DNA of 32,000 nucleotides from Flavobacteriaceae bacterium. Its GTDB lineage: Bacteria > Bacteroidota > Bacteroidia > Flavobacteriales > Flavobacteriaceae. The stretch spans positions 4,050,001 to 4,082,000 of the forward strand of contig OZ245049.1 of assembly GCA_965224465.1 (NCBI GenBank), in the 5' to 3' direction. The translations under genes and the position numbers were made by a program. Under the pieces are notes generated by a model, which did no database searches, was not told the origin of the DNA, and was given only the letters and a program-made list of their open reading frames with translations. Shown here piece after piece: positions 18,307-27,370 of the stretch; within the stretch, counting starts at the first letter, position 1, and each line of letters starts with the position of its first letter.

Positions 18307-19608
18307 ATGAAAGATTTTTTAAAAAACACCAAGATTGCAATTATCGGATTGGGCTATGTGGGACTCCCATTAGCGCGTCTGTTTGCTACAAAATATCCTG
18401 TTATTGGTTTTGATATTAACAAATCAAGAATTCAGGAAGTGAATTCAGGACATGATGGTACGCATGAAATAAGCGATGCATTGCTTCGTGATGTGCTAAG
18501 GTTAAAAAGTCCATCAGTAGGAGATGCAGGTTTGTATTGTACAAGCAATCCTGAAGAAATTGCAAGCTGTAACGTATTTGTAATTACCGTGCCTACACCT
18601 GTAGACGAAGCGAATAAAGTAGTATTGACGCCTCTTGTAAAAGCAAGCGAAACCGTTGGGAATGTATTGAAAAAAGAGGCTGTTGTTATTTACGAATCTA
18701 CGGTATATCCGGGTGTGACAGAGGATGAATGTGTTCCTGTATTAGAACAATATTCTGGACTCACTTTTAATAAAGATTTCTTTGTAGGCTATTCGCCAGA
18801 ACGGATCAATCCAGGAGATAAAACACACAGTCTTGAACATATTTTAAAGGTGACTTCTGGTTCTACACCTGAAATTGCTGATAAAGTAGATGCATTATAC
18901 CAATCAATTATTACAGCGGGTACGCACAAAGCTCCAAGTATAAAAGTGGCAGAGGCATCTAAGGTGATTGAAAATTCACAACGTGATATCAATATCGCTT
19001 TTATGAACGAATTGGCTAAGATTTTTGGGCTGATGGATCTTGATACAAAGGCTGTGCTTGAAGCAGCAGCTACCAAATGGAATTTCTTACCCTTTACTCC
19101 TGGTTTGGTTGGAGGACATTGTATAGGTGTAGATCCTTATTATTTGGCACAAAAAGCACAAGAATTGGGCTATAATCCTGGGATTATTCTTGCAGGTAGA
19201 AGAATGAACGATTCTATGGGGGCGTATGTAGCTTCCGATGTCGTAAAATTAATGCTAAAAGAAGACATTCCTGTAAAAGGTGCCAAGGTCTTAGTATTGG
19301 GGATTACCTTTAAGGAAAACTGCCCTGATATTCGAAATACAAAAGTGGTGGATGTAATCAATAGTTTAAAGGAATACGGGATGCAAGTGGATGTTTTTGA
19401 TCCTTGGGCAAACAAACAAAATGTTTTTAAAGAATATCAATTGGAAGTGTTACAGACACTTTCTTCAAAAAAATACGATACCATTGTATTAACGGTGTCA
19501 CATACATCTTTTCAAACACTGGATTTTGATAATTTATTATCTGAAGAAGGAGTTATTTACGATGTAAAAGGAGTGTTAAGGTCTAATAGAGTAAAAGCAA
19601 CATTATAA
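18307..19608 (+). CDS. Nucleotide-sugar 6-dehydrogenase, TviB/WbpO/CapL-like (UDP-N-acetyl-hexosamine dehydrogenase type), paralog 1
   Basis: Start placed at the ATG at 18307 (MKDFLKNTKIAIIGLGYVGLPLA). YESTVYPGVTEDECVP, GYSPERINPGDK, KVIENSQRDINIAFMNE and LVGGHCIGVDPYYL (catalytic Cys) are present. Confidence 0.85.
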   Translation: MKDFLKNTKIAIIGLGYVGLPLARLFATKYPVIGFDINKSRIQEVNSGHDGTHEISDALLRDVLRLKSPSVGDAGLYCTSNPEEIASCNVFVITVPTPVDEANKVVLTPLVKASETVGNVLKKEAVVIYESTVYPGVTEDECVPVLEQYSGLTFNKDFFVGYSPERINPGDKTHSLEHILKVTSGSTPEIADKVDALYQSIITAGTHKAPSIKVAEASKVIENSQRDINIAFMNELAKIFGLMDLDTKAVLEAAATKWNFLPFTPGLVGGHCIGVDPYYLAQKAQELGYNPGIILAGRRMNDSMGAYVASDVVKLMLKEDIPVKGAKVLVLGITFKENCPDIRNTKVVDVINSLKEYGMQVDVFDPWANKQNVFKEYQLEVLQTLSSKKYDTIVLTVSHTSFQTLDFDNLLSEEGVIYDVKGVLRSNRVKATL

Positions 19609-20931
19609 ATGAATGTAGTAATTGTAGGTTCAGGTTATGTAGGATTGGTATCTGGTACGTGTTTTTCAGAAATGGGAAACCATGTAACCTGTGTAGATAT
19701 CGATGTTAAAAAAATTGAAAAATTAACAAACGGAATACTTCCTATTTACGAACCAGGGCTAGAAGCCATGGTGTTAAAAAATATGGAACGGAAAAACTTG
19801 TTTTTTTCTACCGATTTAGGAGCAGCCATCCAGAATGCAGAGATTGTTTTTATTGCCGTTGGGACTCCAATGGGCGATGACGGAGCTGCAGATTTACAAT
19901 ATGTATTGGCGGTTGCAAGCCAATTGGGGAAATCTATGAAACATTCTTTAGTGATTGTTGATAAATCTACCGTGCCAGTGGGAACTGCAGACAAAGTGAA
20001 AGCAACCATTCAAAAAGAATTGGATGCACGGGGTTCAGACATTACGTTTGATGTAGTCTCCAATCCAGAATTTTTAAAAGAAGGAGCTGCCATCAACGAT
20101 TTTATGAAACCAGACCGTGTGGTAATAGGTGCAGAAACAGAAGTTGCTATTGCAAAAATGAAAGAATTATACATTCCATTTTGCATGTCTCGAGAGCGAT
20201 TTATAACCATGGATGTGCGCTCTGCAGAGATGACAAAATACGCTGCCAATGCCATGTTGGCTACCAAAATTTCATTCATGAATGAAATAGCGAATATTTG
20301 TGAGCGTGTGGGAGCTGATGCAAATCAGGTGAGAATAGGAATAGGTTCGGATACACGTATTGGATACAGTTTTATTTATCCAGGGTGTGGTTATGGAGGT
20401 TCTTGTTTTCCGAAAGATGTAAAAGCCTTAAAAAAAATAGCACAGGAATATGGGTATAATGCCAAATTAATCACCGCTGTTGAAGATGTAAACAATGCTC
20501 AGAAAATGGTGATTGCTAATAAAATCATTCATAAATACGGAGCTGATTTAACAGGGAAAACTTTTGGTGTTTGGGGATTAGCGTTCAAGCCAGGAACTGA
20601 CGATATGCGGGAAGCCCCGGCTATTTATATCATCAAAGAATTGGTGTCTCGTGGAGCTAAAGTACTTGCATATGATCCAAAAGCAATAGCGGAAGCACAA
20701 GAATTTTACTTAAAAGGTGTACAAAATATAACATACGTACATTCAAAATATCAAGCATTGGAAAATGCGGATGCCATGATTTTATTAACGGAATGGAAGG
20801 AATTTAGATCTCCAGATTTTGGAGAGATTTCTAAATTATTGAAAAGTCCAGTGATTTTTGATGGAAGAAACCAATACATCGCTTATGATATTGAAGAAAA
20901 AGGGTTTGAATATTATAGAATAGGGAAGTAA
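19609..20931 (+). CDS. ugd: UDP-glucose 6-dehydrogenase
   Basis: MNVVIVGSGYVGLVSGTCFSEMGNHVTCVDID, NPEFLKEGAAINDF, GYGGSCFPKDVKAL and LAFKPGTDDMREAPA are canonical Ugd motifs. The ATG abuts the preceding stop (TAAATG). Confidence 0.92.
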   Translation: MNVVIVGSGYVGLVSGTCFSEMGNHVTCVDIDVKKIEKLTNGILPIYEPGLEAMVLKNMERKNLFFSTDLGAAIQNAEIVFIAVGTPMGDDGAADLQYVLAVASQLGKSMKHSLVIVDKSTVPVGTADKVKATIQKELDARGSDITFDVVSNPEFLKEGAAINDFMKPDRVVIGAETEVAIAKMKELYIPFCMSRERFITMDVRSAEMTKYAANAMLATKISFMNEIANICERVGADANQVRIGIGSDTRIGYSFIYPGCGYGGSCFPKDVKALKKIAQEYGYNAKLITAVEDVNNAQKMVIANKIIHKYGADLTGKTFGVWGLAFKPGTDDMREAPAIYIIKELVSRGAKVLAYDPKAIAEAQEFYLKGVQNITYVHSKYQALENADAMILLTEWKEFRSPDFGEISKLLKSPVIFDGRNQYIAYDIEEKGFEYYRIGK

Positions 20932-21176
20932 TTGTAAGAAAAAACAGACAGCGATCTACAGAAACTATTGAAAAATAATGCGAGGTGGGCATCAATAGTA
21001 GTCCATCGGAGCTTGTCTTTTATGTAGTAAAGCTGATCAAAAACTGCGAGATTCAGGAGTGACCTTTGGAGTAAGGCCTAGTTTTAGATATGTTTCTTAA
21101 AAAAATAGTCGCATAATAAATCGATACAATAACTCCTAAGTACCTAATCACTCGTTGTACCGAAGGAATATTCAAT

Positions 21177-22196
21177 ATGAAAATAATTAACATCATACTT
21201 AGCGGAGGATCAGGAACAAGACTCTGGCCTATGTCAAGACATAGCAAGCCAAAACAATTCTTGCCTATATTTGATGGAAAATCATTGTTTCAGCATACAT
21301 TAGAACGAAATAAAGACTTGGTGGATCAGTTTATGATTGTCACTAATAAAAAGCAGTTTGTGCAAGCATCAGCCCAAGCTAGTGATTTGAGTATTGAGTT
21401 AGATTATAAAATCATTGAGCCAATAGGAAGAAATACCGCACCTGCTATTGCATTAGCGGCATTGTCAATTGCCCCAGAAGATGTGATGTTTGTCACTCCT
21501 TCAGATCATGTGATCAGTGATGCAAATGCCTATAAAGTATGTTTAGAAAAAGCCATTGCCTTAGCAAAAGAAGATGCATTGGTGACTTTCGGAATGCAAC
21601 CAACAAGTCCTGATACCGGCTTTGGATATATAGAGTTTAAAGGTCAAGATGTTGTGCAATTCAGAGAAAAACCTGATTTAGAAACGGCGAAATCTTTTTT
21701 AGCTCAAGGAAACTTTCTTTGGAACAGTGGTATGTTTTGTTTCAAAGCTAAAACATTTTTGGAGGCTTTAAAAACGGCTGATCCGACCATGCATCAAAAA
21801 TGTATAGAGGCACATCAAACGATAGAGAATGGTGTGGTAGGTTTGGAAGCCATGCAAGCCATTCCTTCTCAAAGCATCGATTGTGTAGTTATGGAAACAT
21901 CTAAAATTGTAAAAACAGTAGCTTCCAATTTTAACTGGTCAGATTTAGGGTCTTTTGATGCCATTATCACCTTTCAAAATAAGGGAGGTATTGTTGATAA
22001 TCTCCATGTCATTAAAGGAGAAAATAATGTGAATGCCTTTGCTTTTGGAAAACAACAGGTATTTGCAGATCATATAAAAAATCAAATTTGGGTGACAACA
22101 GAAGATGCTTCTGTTGTGTTGCCTTATGGGGAAAGTGGACACATAAAAGAGATGTATAATAGAGTAAAGAAAACTTTTCCAGAATTACTTTCTTAA
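21177..22196 (+). CDS. manC: Mannose-1-phosphate guanylyltransferase (short form, nucleotidyltransferase domain only)
   Basis: IILSGGSGTRLWPMSRHSKPKQFL, PIGRNTAPAIALAA, FGYIEF, and WNSGMFCF are typical ManC/GMP motifs. At 339 aa there is no C-terminal isomerase/cupin domain. Confidence 0.85.
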   Translation: MKIINIILSGGSGTRLWPMSRHSKPKQFLPIFDGKSLFQHTLERNKDLVDQFMIVTNKKQFVQASAQASDLSIELDYKIIEPIGRNTAPAIALAALSIAPEDVMFVTPSDHVISDANAYKVCLEKAIALAKEDALVTFGMQPTSPDTGFGYIEFKGQDVVQFREKPDLETAKSFLAQGNFLWNSGMFCFKAKTFLEALKTADPTMHQKCIEAHQTIENGVVGLEAMQAIPSQSIDCVVMETSKIVKTVASNFNWSDLGSFDAIITFQNKGGIVDNLHVIKGENNVNAFAFGKQQVFADHIKNQIWVTTEDASVVLPYGESGHIKEMYNRVKKTFPELLS

Positions 22197-22351
22197 ATTA
22201 AAATTTAAATAAATTGAGGAAAGTGTTTGAAATATAAATGTTTTCTTATTGAGTGATACTACCAATCACAAACCAGCAACAACAAGTAAGTTTCACCAAC
22301 ATCTAATACAATACCCCTAAAGGAAGATAAAGGGACAATTAATAATAAAAA

Positions 22352-24769
22352 ATGAAAAAACTACTCACATTCCTATTCATTTGCATTGCTATCTGTAGTA
22401 CGGAGCAAATAAATGCCCAAATAAGTGCAGCACAAGCAAACCAAATTAATGTAGACGAAATGTCTGATGCGCAGATTGCCAAATACTGGGAGCAAGCCCA
22501 AAGTCAAGGCTATAGTTTGGATGATGTAGCTTTTGCCGCAAAGGCTAAAGGAGTCTCTGCCATACAAATAGCGAAATTAAAACAGAGAATTCAGCAGTTG
22601 GGAACAAAGGCGTTAGTACCAAAAGATCAGCTTGATGAAGAGGAGACTGCAAAACAATTTTCAAATGAGCTATCGTTTGGACTTACAGGAAATGAAAAAA
22701 AAATCACCAAAGAAAAAAACAAACTATTTGGCTTCGACTTTTTTAACAACCCCTCTATTTCATTTACACCGAATATCAACTTGGCAACTCCAGAAAATTA
22801 CCAATTAGGTCCCGGAGATGAGTTGTTGATCGATGTTTGGGGAGCTGCTGAAAACACGTATAAAAAAACGGTGAATAAGCAAGGAACTATTCGGATAGAG
22901 AATATTGGATTGATTCATGTAAATGGCATGACAATAAAAGATGCAACTTCTAAAATCAATAGTTATTTAAAACGTATTTATGCAGGTATAACGGCTTCAA
23001 ATAATAGTTATAATAAAGTACATACGGCTATTAGCTTGGCAAATATTAGGACGGTTCAGGTAAATTTGATTGGTGAAGTAAAAGTGCCAGGCACCTATTC
23101 TTTAAATGCATTGTCTACGGTATTGAATGCCTTATATGCAGCTGGAGGTCCTACGGAGAATGGAACCTTTAGGAATGTAAAATTAATTAGAGCAGGAAAA
23201 GAAATTAGCGTTTTTGATATTTATAATTTTTTAATGACCGGCAGTGAGTCTGGAAATTTAAAATTAAGAGATCAAGATGTCATTATTGTAGCTCCTTATG
23301 GCAATTTAGTAGAAATATCAGGAGAAGTAAAAAGACCTGGATTGTATGAATTGAAAAAAGAGGAAACCATGCAGAACTTATTAACGTATTGCAGTGGATT
23401 CAAGCCAAATGCGTATTCTGAACAGCTAATTGTAGAACGTGTAAATGGTAGACAAAGAGAAATAAAAGAATTTGTTTTTAACAGCAAGTCAAATTTCATC
23501 CTAAAAGGAGGAGATAAAATAAAGGTGGAGGAAATTAGTCAGAAGTTTTTAAACCGTGTTAGTATCGGTGGGGCAGTGTACCGACCAGGCAATTACGAGT
23601 TTTTTGAAAACTTAGATGTTTTAGAATTGATAAAAAAGGCGGACGGAATTAAAAAAGATGCTTTTTTAACACGTGGAGTTATTATAAGAACCCATGATGA
23701 AGCGACAAGAGAGAGTATTTCCTTTTCTGTTTCGGAGATTTTAAAAAATAAAACACACTTGTTGTTAAAGGCAGAAGATAGTGTGCATATTTACCATAAG
23801 GATTCCTTACAGGAAAAAAAGTTTTTGACAATTAATGGTGCAGTAAATAGGCCTAAATCTTTTGATTATTTAGAAGGGATAAAAATTGGAGATTTAATTG
23901 CGATGGCAGGAGGTTTTACGGACGGAGCGGATGCCAATACCATTGATATTTCTAGACGTTTAAAAGATGGAAGCTTTGAAACCATCAGTCAAAACTTTCA
24001 AGAAACAGTTGAGGGTGATTTGAAATTGACCAATGCATCTTTGTTTGTATTGCACCCATTTGATATTGTATCGGTGCGTTATTTAAAAGGATATTCGGTT
24101 CAAAAAAATGTAGAAGTACAAGGAGAAGTTAATTTCCCAGGGAATTATGCCATGACCAATAAAAAGGAACGTATTTCCGACTTGATTAAACGTGCGGGTG
24201 GTTTGTCTCCCTATGCCTATTTAAAAGGAGCGACTTTGATTCGTAAAAAACAAGGGATTGAAGATGCGCAACAGCTAAAATTCTTAGAACAAATTAGTAA
24301 AAAAGATTCTTTATTGGAAGATGTAACACAGATCAAAGAATTTAAAATAGGGATAGATCTTAAAAAGATATTGGAATACAAGAATATGGACTTGGATTTA
24401 ATTTTAAACCAAGGTGATATCTTAATGATTCCATCGATCAAACAAACAGTAGAGGTTCAAGGAGAGGTTTTATCTCCATCTTTAGTGCGCTTTGATCCAA
24501 AACGTACTTTAAAACATTATATCGAACGTTCGGGAGGTTTTTCTGAAAAAGCAAAACGCAGCAAGGTCTTTGTAATTTATGCCAATGGAGACATTGCGAC
24601 CGTTTCAAATTTTTTATTCTTTAAAAATTATCCAAAACTGGAGCCAGGCGCTACTATTTTAGTGCCTGCAAAAAAACCAAGAGGACAAGGAATGTCTGTA
24701 CAGGCAATTTTGGGAATTACCACTAGTTTGGCAACGCTAGGAGTATTGGTCAATAATTTGACAAAGTAG
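22352..24769 (+). CDS. Polysaccharide export outer-membrane protein (Poly_export + multiple SLBB domains; long Bacteroidota Wza-like form)
   Basis: Signal peptide MKKLLTFLFICIAICSTEQINAQ. Poly_export motif YQLGPGDELLIDVWG. Repeated SLBB-like segments (GEVKVPGTY, GEVKRPGLYEL, GAVYRPGNYEF, GEVNFPGNYAM, GEVLSPSLV). Hydrophobic C-terminal helix. Confidence 0.88.
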   Translation: MKKLLTFLFICIAICSTEQINAQISAAQANQINVDEMSDAQIAKYWEQAQSQGYSLDDVAFAAKAKGVSAIQIAKLKQRIQQLGTKALVPKDQLDEEETAKQFSNELSFGLTGNEKKITKEKNKLFGFDFFNNPSISFTPNINLATPENYQLGPGDELLIDVWGAAENTYKKTVNKQGTIRIENIGLIHVNGMTIKDATSKINSYLKRIYAGITASNNSYNKVHTAISLANIRTVQVNLIGEVKVPGTYSLNALSTVLNALYAAGGPTENGTFRNVKLIRAGKEISVFDIYNFLMTGSESGNLKLRDQDVIIVAPYGNLVEISGEVKRPGLYELKKEETMQNLLTYCSGFKPNAYSEQLIVERVNGRQREIKEFVFNSKSNFILKGGDKIKVEEISQKFLNRVSIGGAVYRPGNYEFFENLDVLELIKKADGIKKDAFLTRGVIIRTHDEATRESISFSVSEILKNKTHLLLKAEDSVHIYHKDSLQEKKFLTINGAVNRPKSFDYLEGIKIGDLIAMAGGFTDGADANTIDISRRLKDGSFETISQNFQETVEGDLKLTNASLFVLHPFDIVSVRYLKGYSVQKNVEVQGEVNFPGNYAMTNKKERISDLIKRAGGLSPYAYLKGATLIRKKQGIEDAQQLKFLEQISKKDSLLEDVTQIKEFKIGIDLKKILEYKNMDLDLILNQGDILMIPSIKQTVEVQGEVLSPSLVRFDPKRTLKHYIERSGGFSEKAKRSKVFVIYANGDIATVSNFLFFKNYPKLEPGATILVPAKKPRGQGMSVQAILGITTSLATLGVLVNNLTK

Positions 24770-24811
24770 TACAGGATTGAGATTTATGTAATGAGAACCT
24801 ATTTAGATTGT

Positions 24812-24819
24812 TATGTTTG
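24812..24819 (+). promoter_or_regulatory. Candidate -7 box of a Bacteroidota-type internal promoter upstream of wzz
   Basis: TATGTTTG is an exact match to the TAnnTTTG -7 consensus, 153 nt upstream of the wzz ATG. It was the only exact match I found in any intergenic gap of the window. No convincing -33 TTTG lies at canonical spacing. Confidence 0.2.
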
Positions 24820-24972
24820 TGCTCATTGTCATGAGTTACGAAGAATCAATTTCATATAATAGGTCACTTAGCGAGTGTTATCCTCGCGGAGTCGGGGCAA
24901 CGTTAAAAAAGTACACAAGAGCATAAGAGTTCTTGCAAAAAGAGGATATAATCACCAAGCACTTCATAATAA

Positions 24973-26070
24973 ATGAAAGACACAACAGAAAGTAATAATA
25001 TTGACGAAATAGACCTCGTAGAACTCGCCAAAACACTTTGGGCAGGTCGTCGTACCATTATAAAATACACTATTATATTTGCTTGTATAGGCTTATTTAT
25101 TGCCATATTTACCCCCAAAGAATATACGGCTAAAACCATTATGGTACCACAAACTTCTGGTTCCAAAGTAGGAGGTAGCCTAGGAGGCTTAGCTGCCATG
25201 GCAGGGATTAATTTAGGTGGAAGCGCAGGAACTGAAGTCATTCCTCCTAGTTTATATCCGAAAATTGTAAATAGCATTCCGTTTAAGTTGGAATTATTAC
25301 AAACAAAACTGACTTTTCAAGGAATTGATCATCCTGTAACGTATCAGGATTATTATCAGAATTATCATCAAATTGGATTGTTAGGTGGGATTAAAAAATA
25401 TACCATTGGATTGCCAAGCTTGATTCTTGGTGCAATAAAAGGAAAAGACCTAGAGAATAAAGGAAAAGTAAATGTAAATGATGGTATTTTAAGAATTACT
25501 AGAGATCAGGATATATTATTCAAACAGCTTTCCGAGAAAATTGGTTTAACTTTTAACGATAAAGATGGGTATATTGATTTATCGGTAAAAATGCCAGAAG
25601 CCTTGGCGGCTGCACAGTTGACAATAAAAGCACAAGTATTATTGCAAAATTCCGTAACTAGATTTAAAGTAGAGAAAGCGAAAGTGCAATTGCAATTTAT
25701 TGAAGATCGTTTTATAGAAGTTGAAAAAGATTTTAAGAAAAAGCAAAGTGCCTTGGCTTATTTTCAAGATAAAAACTTAAATTTAATCACCTCTCGTTCT
25801 CAATCTCGCTTGTCTAAACTACAAGTGGAATATAACTTGGTATTTGGAGTGTATTCTGAATTGGCAAAACAGGTTGAAACTCAAAAGATACAAGTGAAGG
25901 AAGATACGCCTGTATTTACGGTGATTGAACCTGTGTCTGTACCTAATTTGAAATCGAAACCGAACAGACCTATGATTTTGATAGTATGGAGTTTTTTAGG
26001 GAGTATTTTGGGTGTAGCATTGGTTTTTGGAAAAGAAGTTAAGAAAGGTATAATTCGAACAGTTAAGTAA
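24973..26070 (+). CDS. wzz: Wzz-type polysaccharide chain-length determinant (no tyrosine-kinase domain)
   Basis: N-terminal Wzz motif IDLVELAKTLWAGRRTIIKYTIIFACIGLFIAIFTPKEYTA (first TM segment). Long coiled-coil-like periplasmic region. Second TM segment RPMILIVWSFLGSILGVALVFG near the C-terminus. Length 365 aa. Confidence 0.85.
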   Translation: MKDTTESNNIDEIDLVELAKTLWAGRRTIIKYTIIFACIGLFIAIFTPKEYTAKTIMVPQTSGSKVGGSLGGLAAMAGINLGGSAGTEVIPPSLYPKIVNSIPFKLELLQTKLTFQGIDHPVTYQDYYQNYHQIGLLGGIKKYTIGLPSLILGAIKGKDLENKGKVNVNDGILRITRDQDILFKQLSEKIGLTFNDKDGYIDLSVKMPEALAAAQLTIKAQVLLQNSVTRFKVEKAKVQLQFIEDRFIEVEKDFKKKQSALAYFQDKNLNLITSRSQSRLSKLQVEYNLVFGVYSELAKQVETQKIQVKEDTPVFTVIEPVSVPNLKSKPNRPMILIVWSFLGSILGVALVFGKEVKKGIIRTVK

Positions 26071-26091
26071 ATTAATTGAAATTAGATATAA

Positions 26092-27363
26092 ATGGAAGAT
26101 ATTAGAATTGCGGTAATAGGATTAGGATATGTTGGTTTACCTTTAGCCTTAGAGTTTTCAAAGTATAACCATGTGGTAGGTTTTGATATAAAACAAGACC
26201 GTGTCGATATGATGAAAAAGGGGATTGATCCTAGTAAGGAATTAGAATCGGATGATTTTAAAGGATGTGATATCACCTTTACAACCAGTTTGAAAGATTT
26301 AAAAAAAGCTAATTTCTACATCGTGGCTGTTCCCACTCCTATAGATGATTCTAATTTACCAAATTTAAGACCAATAATCTCTGCAAGTGAGACTGTTGCT
26401 AAAGTGTTGAGTAAAGGCGATTATGTTGTGTACGAGTCGACTGTTTATCCTGGATGTACAGAAGAGGATTGTATTCCAGTTCTCGAAAGAATTTCGGGGT
26501 TAAAGTTTATAGAAGATTTTAAAATAGGCTATTCTCCTGAGCGAATAAACCCAGGAGATAAAGTAAATACCTTAACAAGTATTCTTAAGATTGTTTCTGC
26601 TTGTGATAAAGAATCCTTAGATGTAGTAGCTAAAGTTTATGAAATTATTATTACTGCTGGAGTACATAGAGCTACAAGTATAAAAGTCGCAGAAGCAGCT
26701 AAAATCATCGAAAATACTCAAAGAGATTTGAATATAGCTTTAATGAATGAACTTTCAATTATATTTGGTAGAATGGGAATCAATACTTTTGATGTATTGG
26801 AAGCAGCAGGGACAAAATGGAATTTCTTAAAATTTTCACCAGGTTTAGTCGGCGGGCATTGTATTGGTGTGGATCCTTATTATTTAACACATAAAGCTGC
26901 TAAATTGGGCTATCATGCTCAAATTATTACTGCTGGACGCTTTGTGAATGATTCTATGGGGGCTTATGTAGCTAAAACAACTGTTAAAAAAATTATTGGA
27001 AATAATGTCCCTTTAGCAAATGCTAAAGTTTTAATTATGGGGGTTACTTTTAAAGAAAATGTTGCTGATATTCGAAATTCTAAGGTAGCTGACATTGTTA
27101 AAGAGTTAAGGTCTTTTAGTATAGAACCTGATTTGATTGATCCAAATGCCTCTACTGATGAATTATTTAAAGAATATGGATTTGGTTTGATAACATTAGA
27201 TAAAACTAATTATGATGCTGTAATAGTAGCAGTCAATCATAAGGAATATTTGAAACTTACAGAAGCTGATTTTAAATTGATAATGCCAAATGGAGGGATT
27301 CTAATGGATGTTAAAGGGGGGTTTAAAAATAGTATTACTGAATTAGACTATTGGAGTTTGTAA
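26092..27363 (+). CDS. Nucleotide-sugar 6-dehydrogenase, TviB/WbpO/CapL-like, paralog 2
   Basis: IAVIGLGYVGLPLALEF, YESTVYPGCTEEDCIP, GYSPERINPGDK, KIIENTQRDLNIALMNE and LVGGHCIGVDPYYL are collinear with the 18307-19608 product but clearly diverged from it. Confidence 0.85.
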   Translation: MEDIRIAVIGLGYVGLPLALEFSKYNHVVGFDIKQDRVDMMKKGIDPSKELESDDFKGCDITFTTSLKDLKKANFYIVAVPTPIDDSNLPNLRPIISASETVAKVLSKGDYVVYESTVYPGCTEEDCIPVLERISGLKFIEDFKIGYSPERINPGDKVNTLTSILKIVSACDKESLDVVAKVYEIIITAGVHRATSIKVAEAAKIIENTQRDLNIALMNELSIIFGRMGINTFDVLEAAGTKWNFLKFSPGLVGGHCIGVDPYYLTHKAAKLGYHAQIITAGRFVNDSMGAYVAKTTVKKIIGNNVPLANAKVLIMGVTFKENVADIRNSKVADIVKELRSFSIEPDLIDPNASTDELFKEYGFGLITLDKTNYDAVIVAVNHKEYLKLTEADFKLIMPNGGILMDVKGGFKNSITELDYWSL

Positions 27364-27370
27364 GTTAAAT

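Noticed and set aside
18101-18340. 79-aa minus-strand ORF spanning the upxY-like 3-prime end and the next intergenic gap
   Set aside because: It overlaps two supported + strand genes and shows no family motif. It is likely a chance ORF in AT-rich sequence.
18789-20279. Minus-strand ORFs inside the two dehydrogenase genes (18789-19076, 19170-19415, 19746-20009, 20010-20279)
   Set aside because: They are antisense to genes with complete catalytic motifs and have no independent support.
21053-21247. 64-aa minus-strand ORF overlapping the manC start
   Set aside because: It overlaps the strongly supported manC N-terminus (GGSGTRLWP) and has no recognisable motif.
12295-22351. Canonical Bacteroidota promoters (TTTG at -33, TAnnTTTG at -7) upstream of rfbA, rfbC, the upxY-like gene, manC and the Wza-like gene
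   Set aside because: I checked every TTTG in these gaps by eye, and none is preceded by TAnn at the right offset. I therefore do not annotate promoters there. Only 24812-24819 matches, and it is listed with low confidence.
22695-22703. A9 homopolymer inside the Wza-like gene as a possible phase-variation switch
   Set aside because: A-runs of 7-9 nt occur repeatedly in this AT-rich window (for example 9761-9767 and 23814-23820). With a single sequence there is no evidence of length heterogeneity. It would need population sequencing to revisit.
24903-25277. 124-aa minus-strand ORF with a Pro/Ala-rich product
   Set aside because: It is antisense to the wzz 5-prime region, which encodes the Wzz motif and first TM segment. 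The Pro/Ala richness mirrors the Gly-rich segment GGSLGGLAAMAGINLGGSAG on the + strand.
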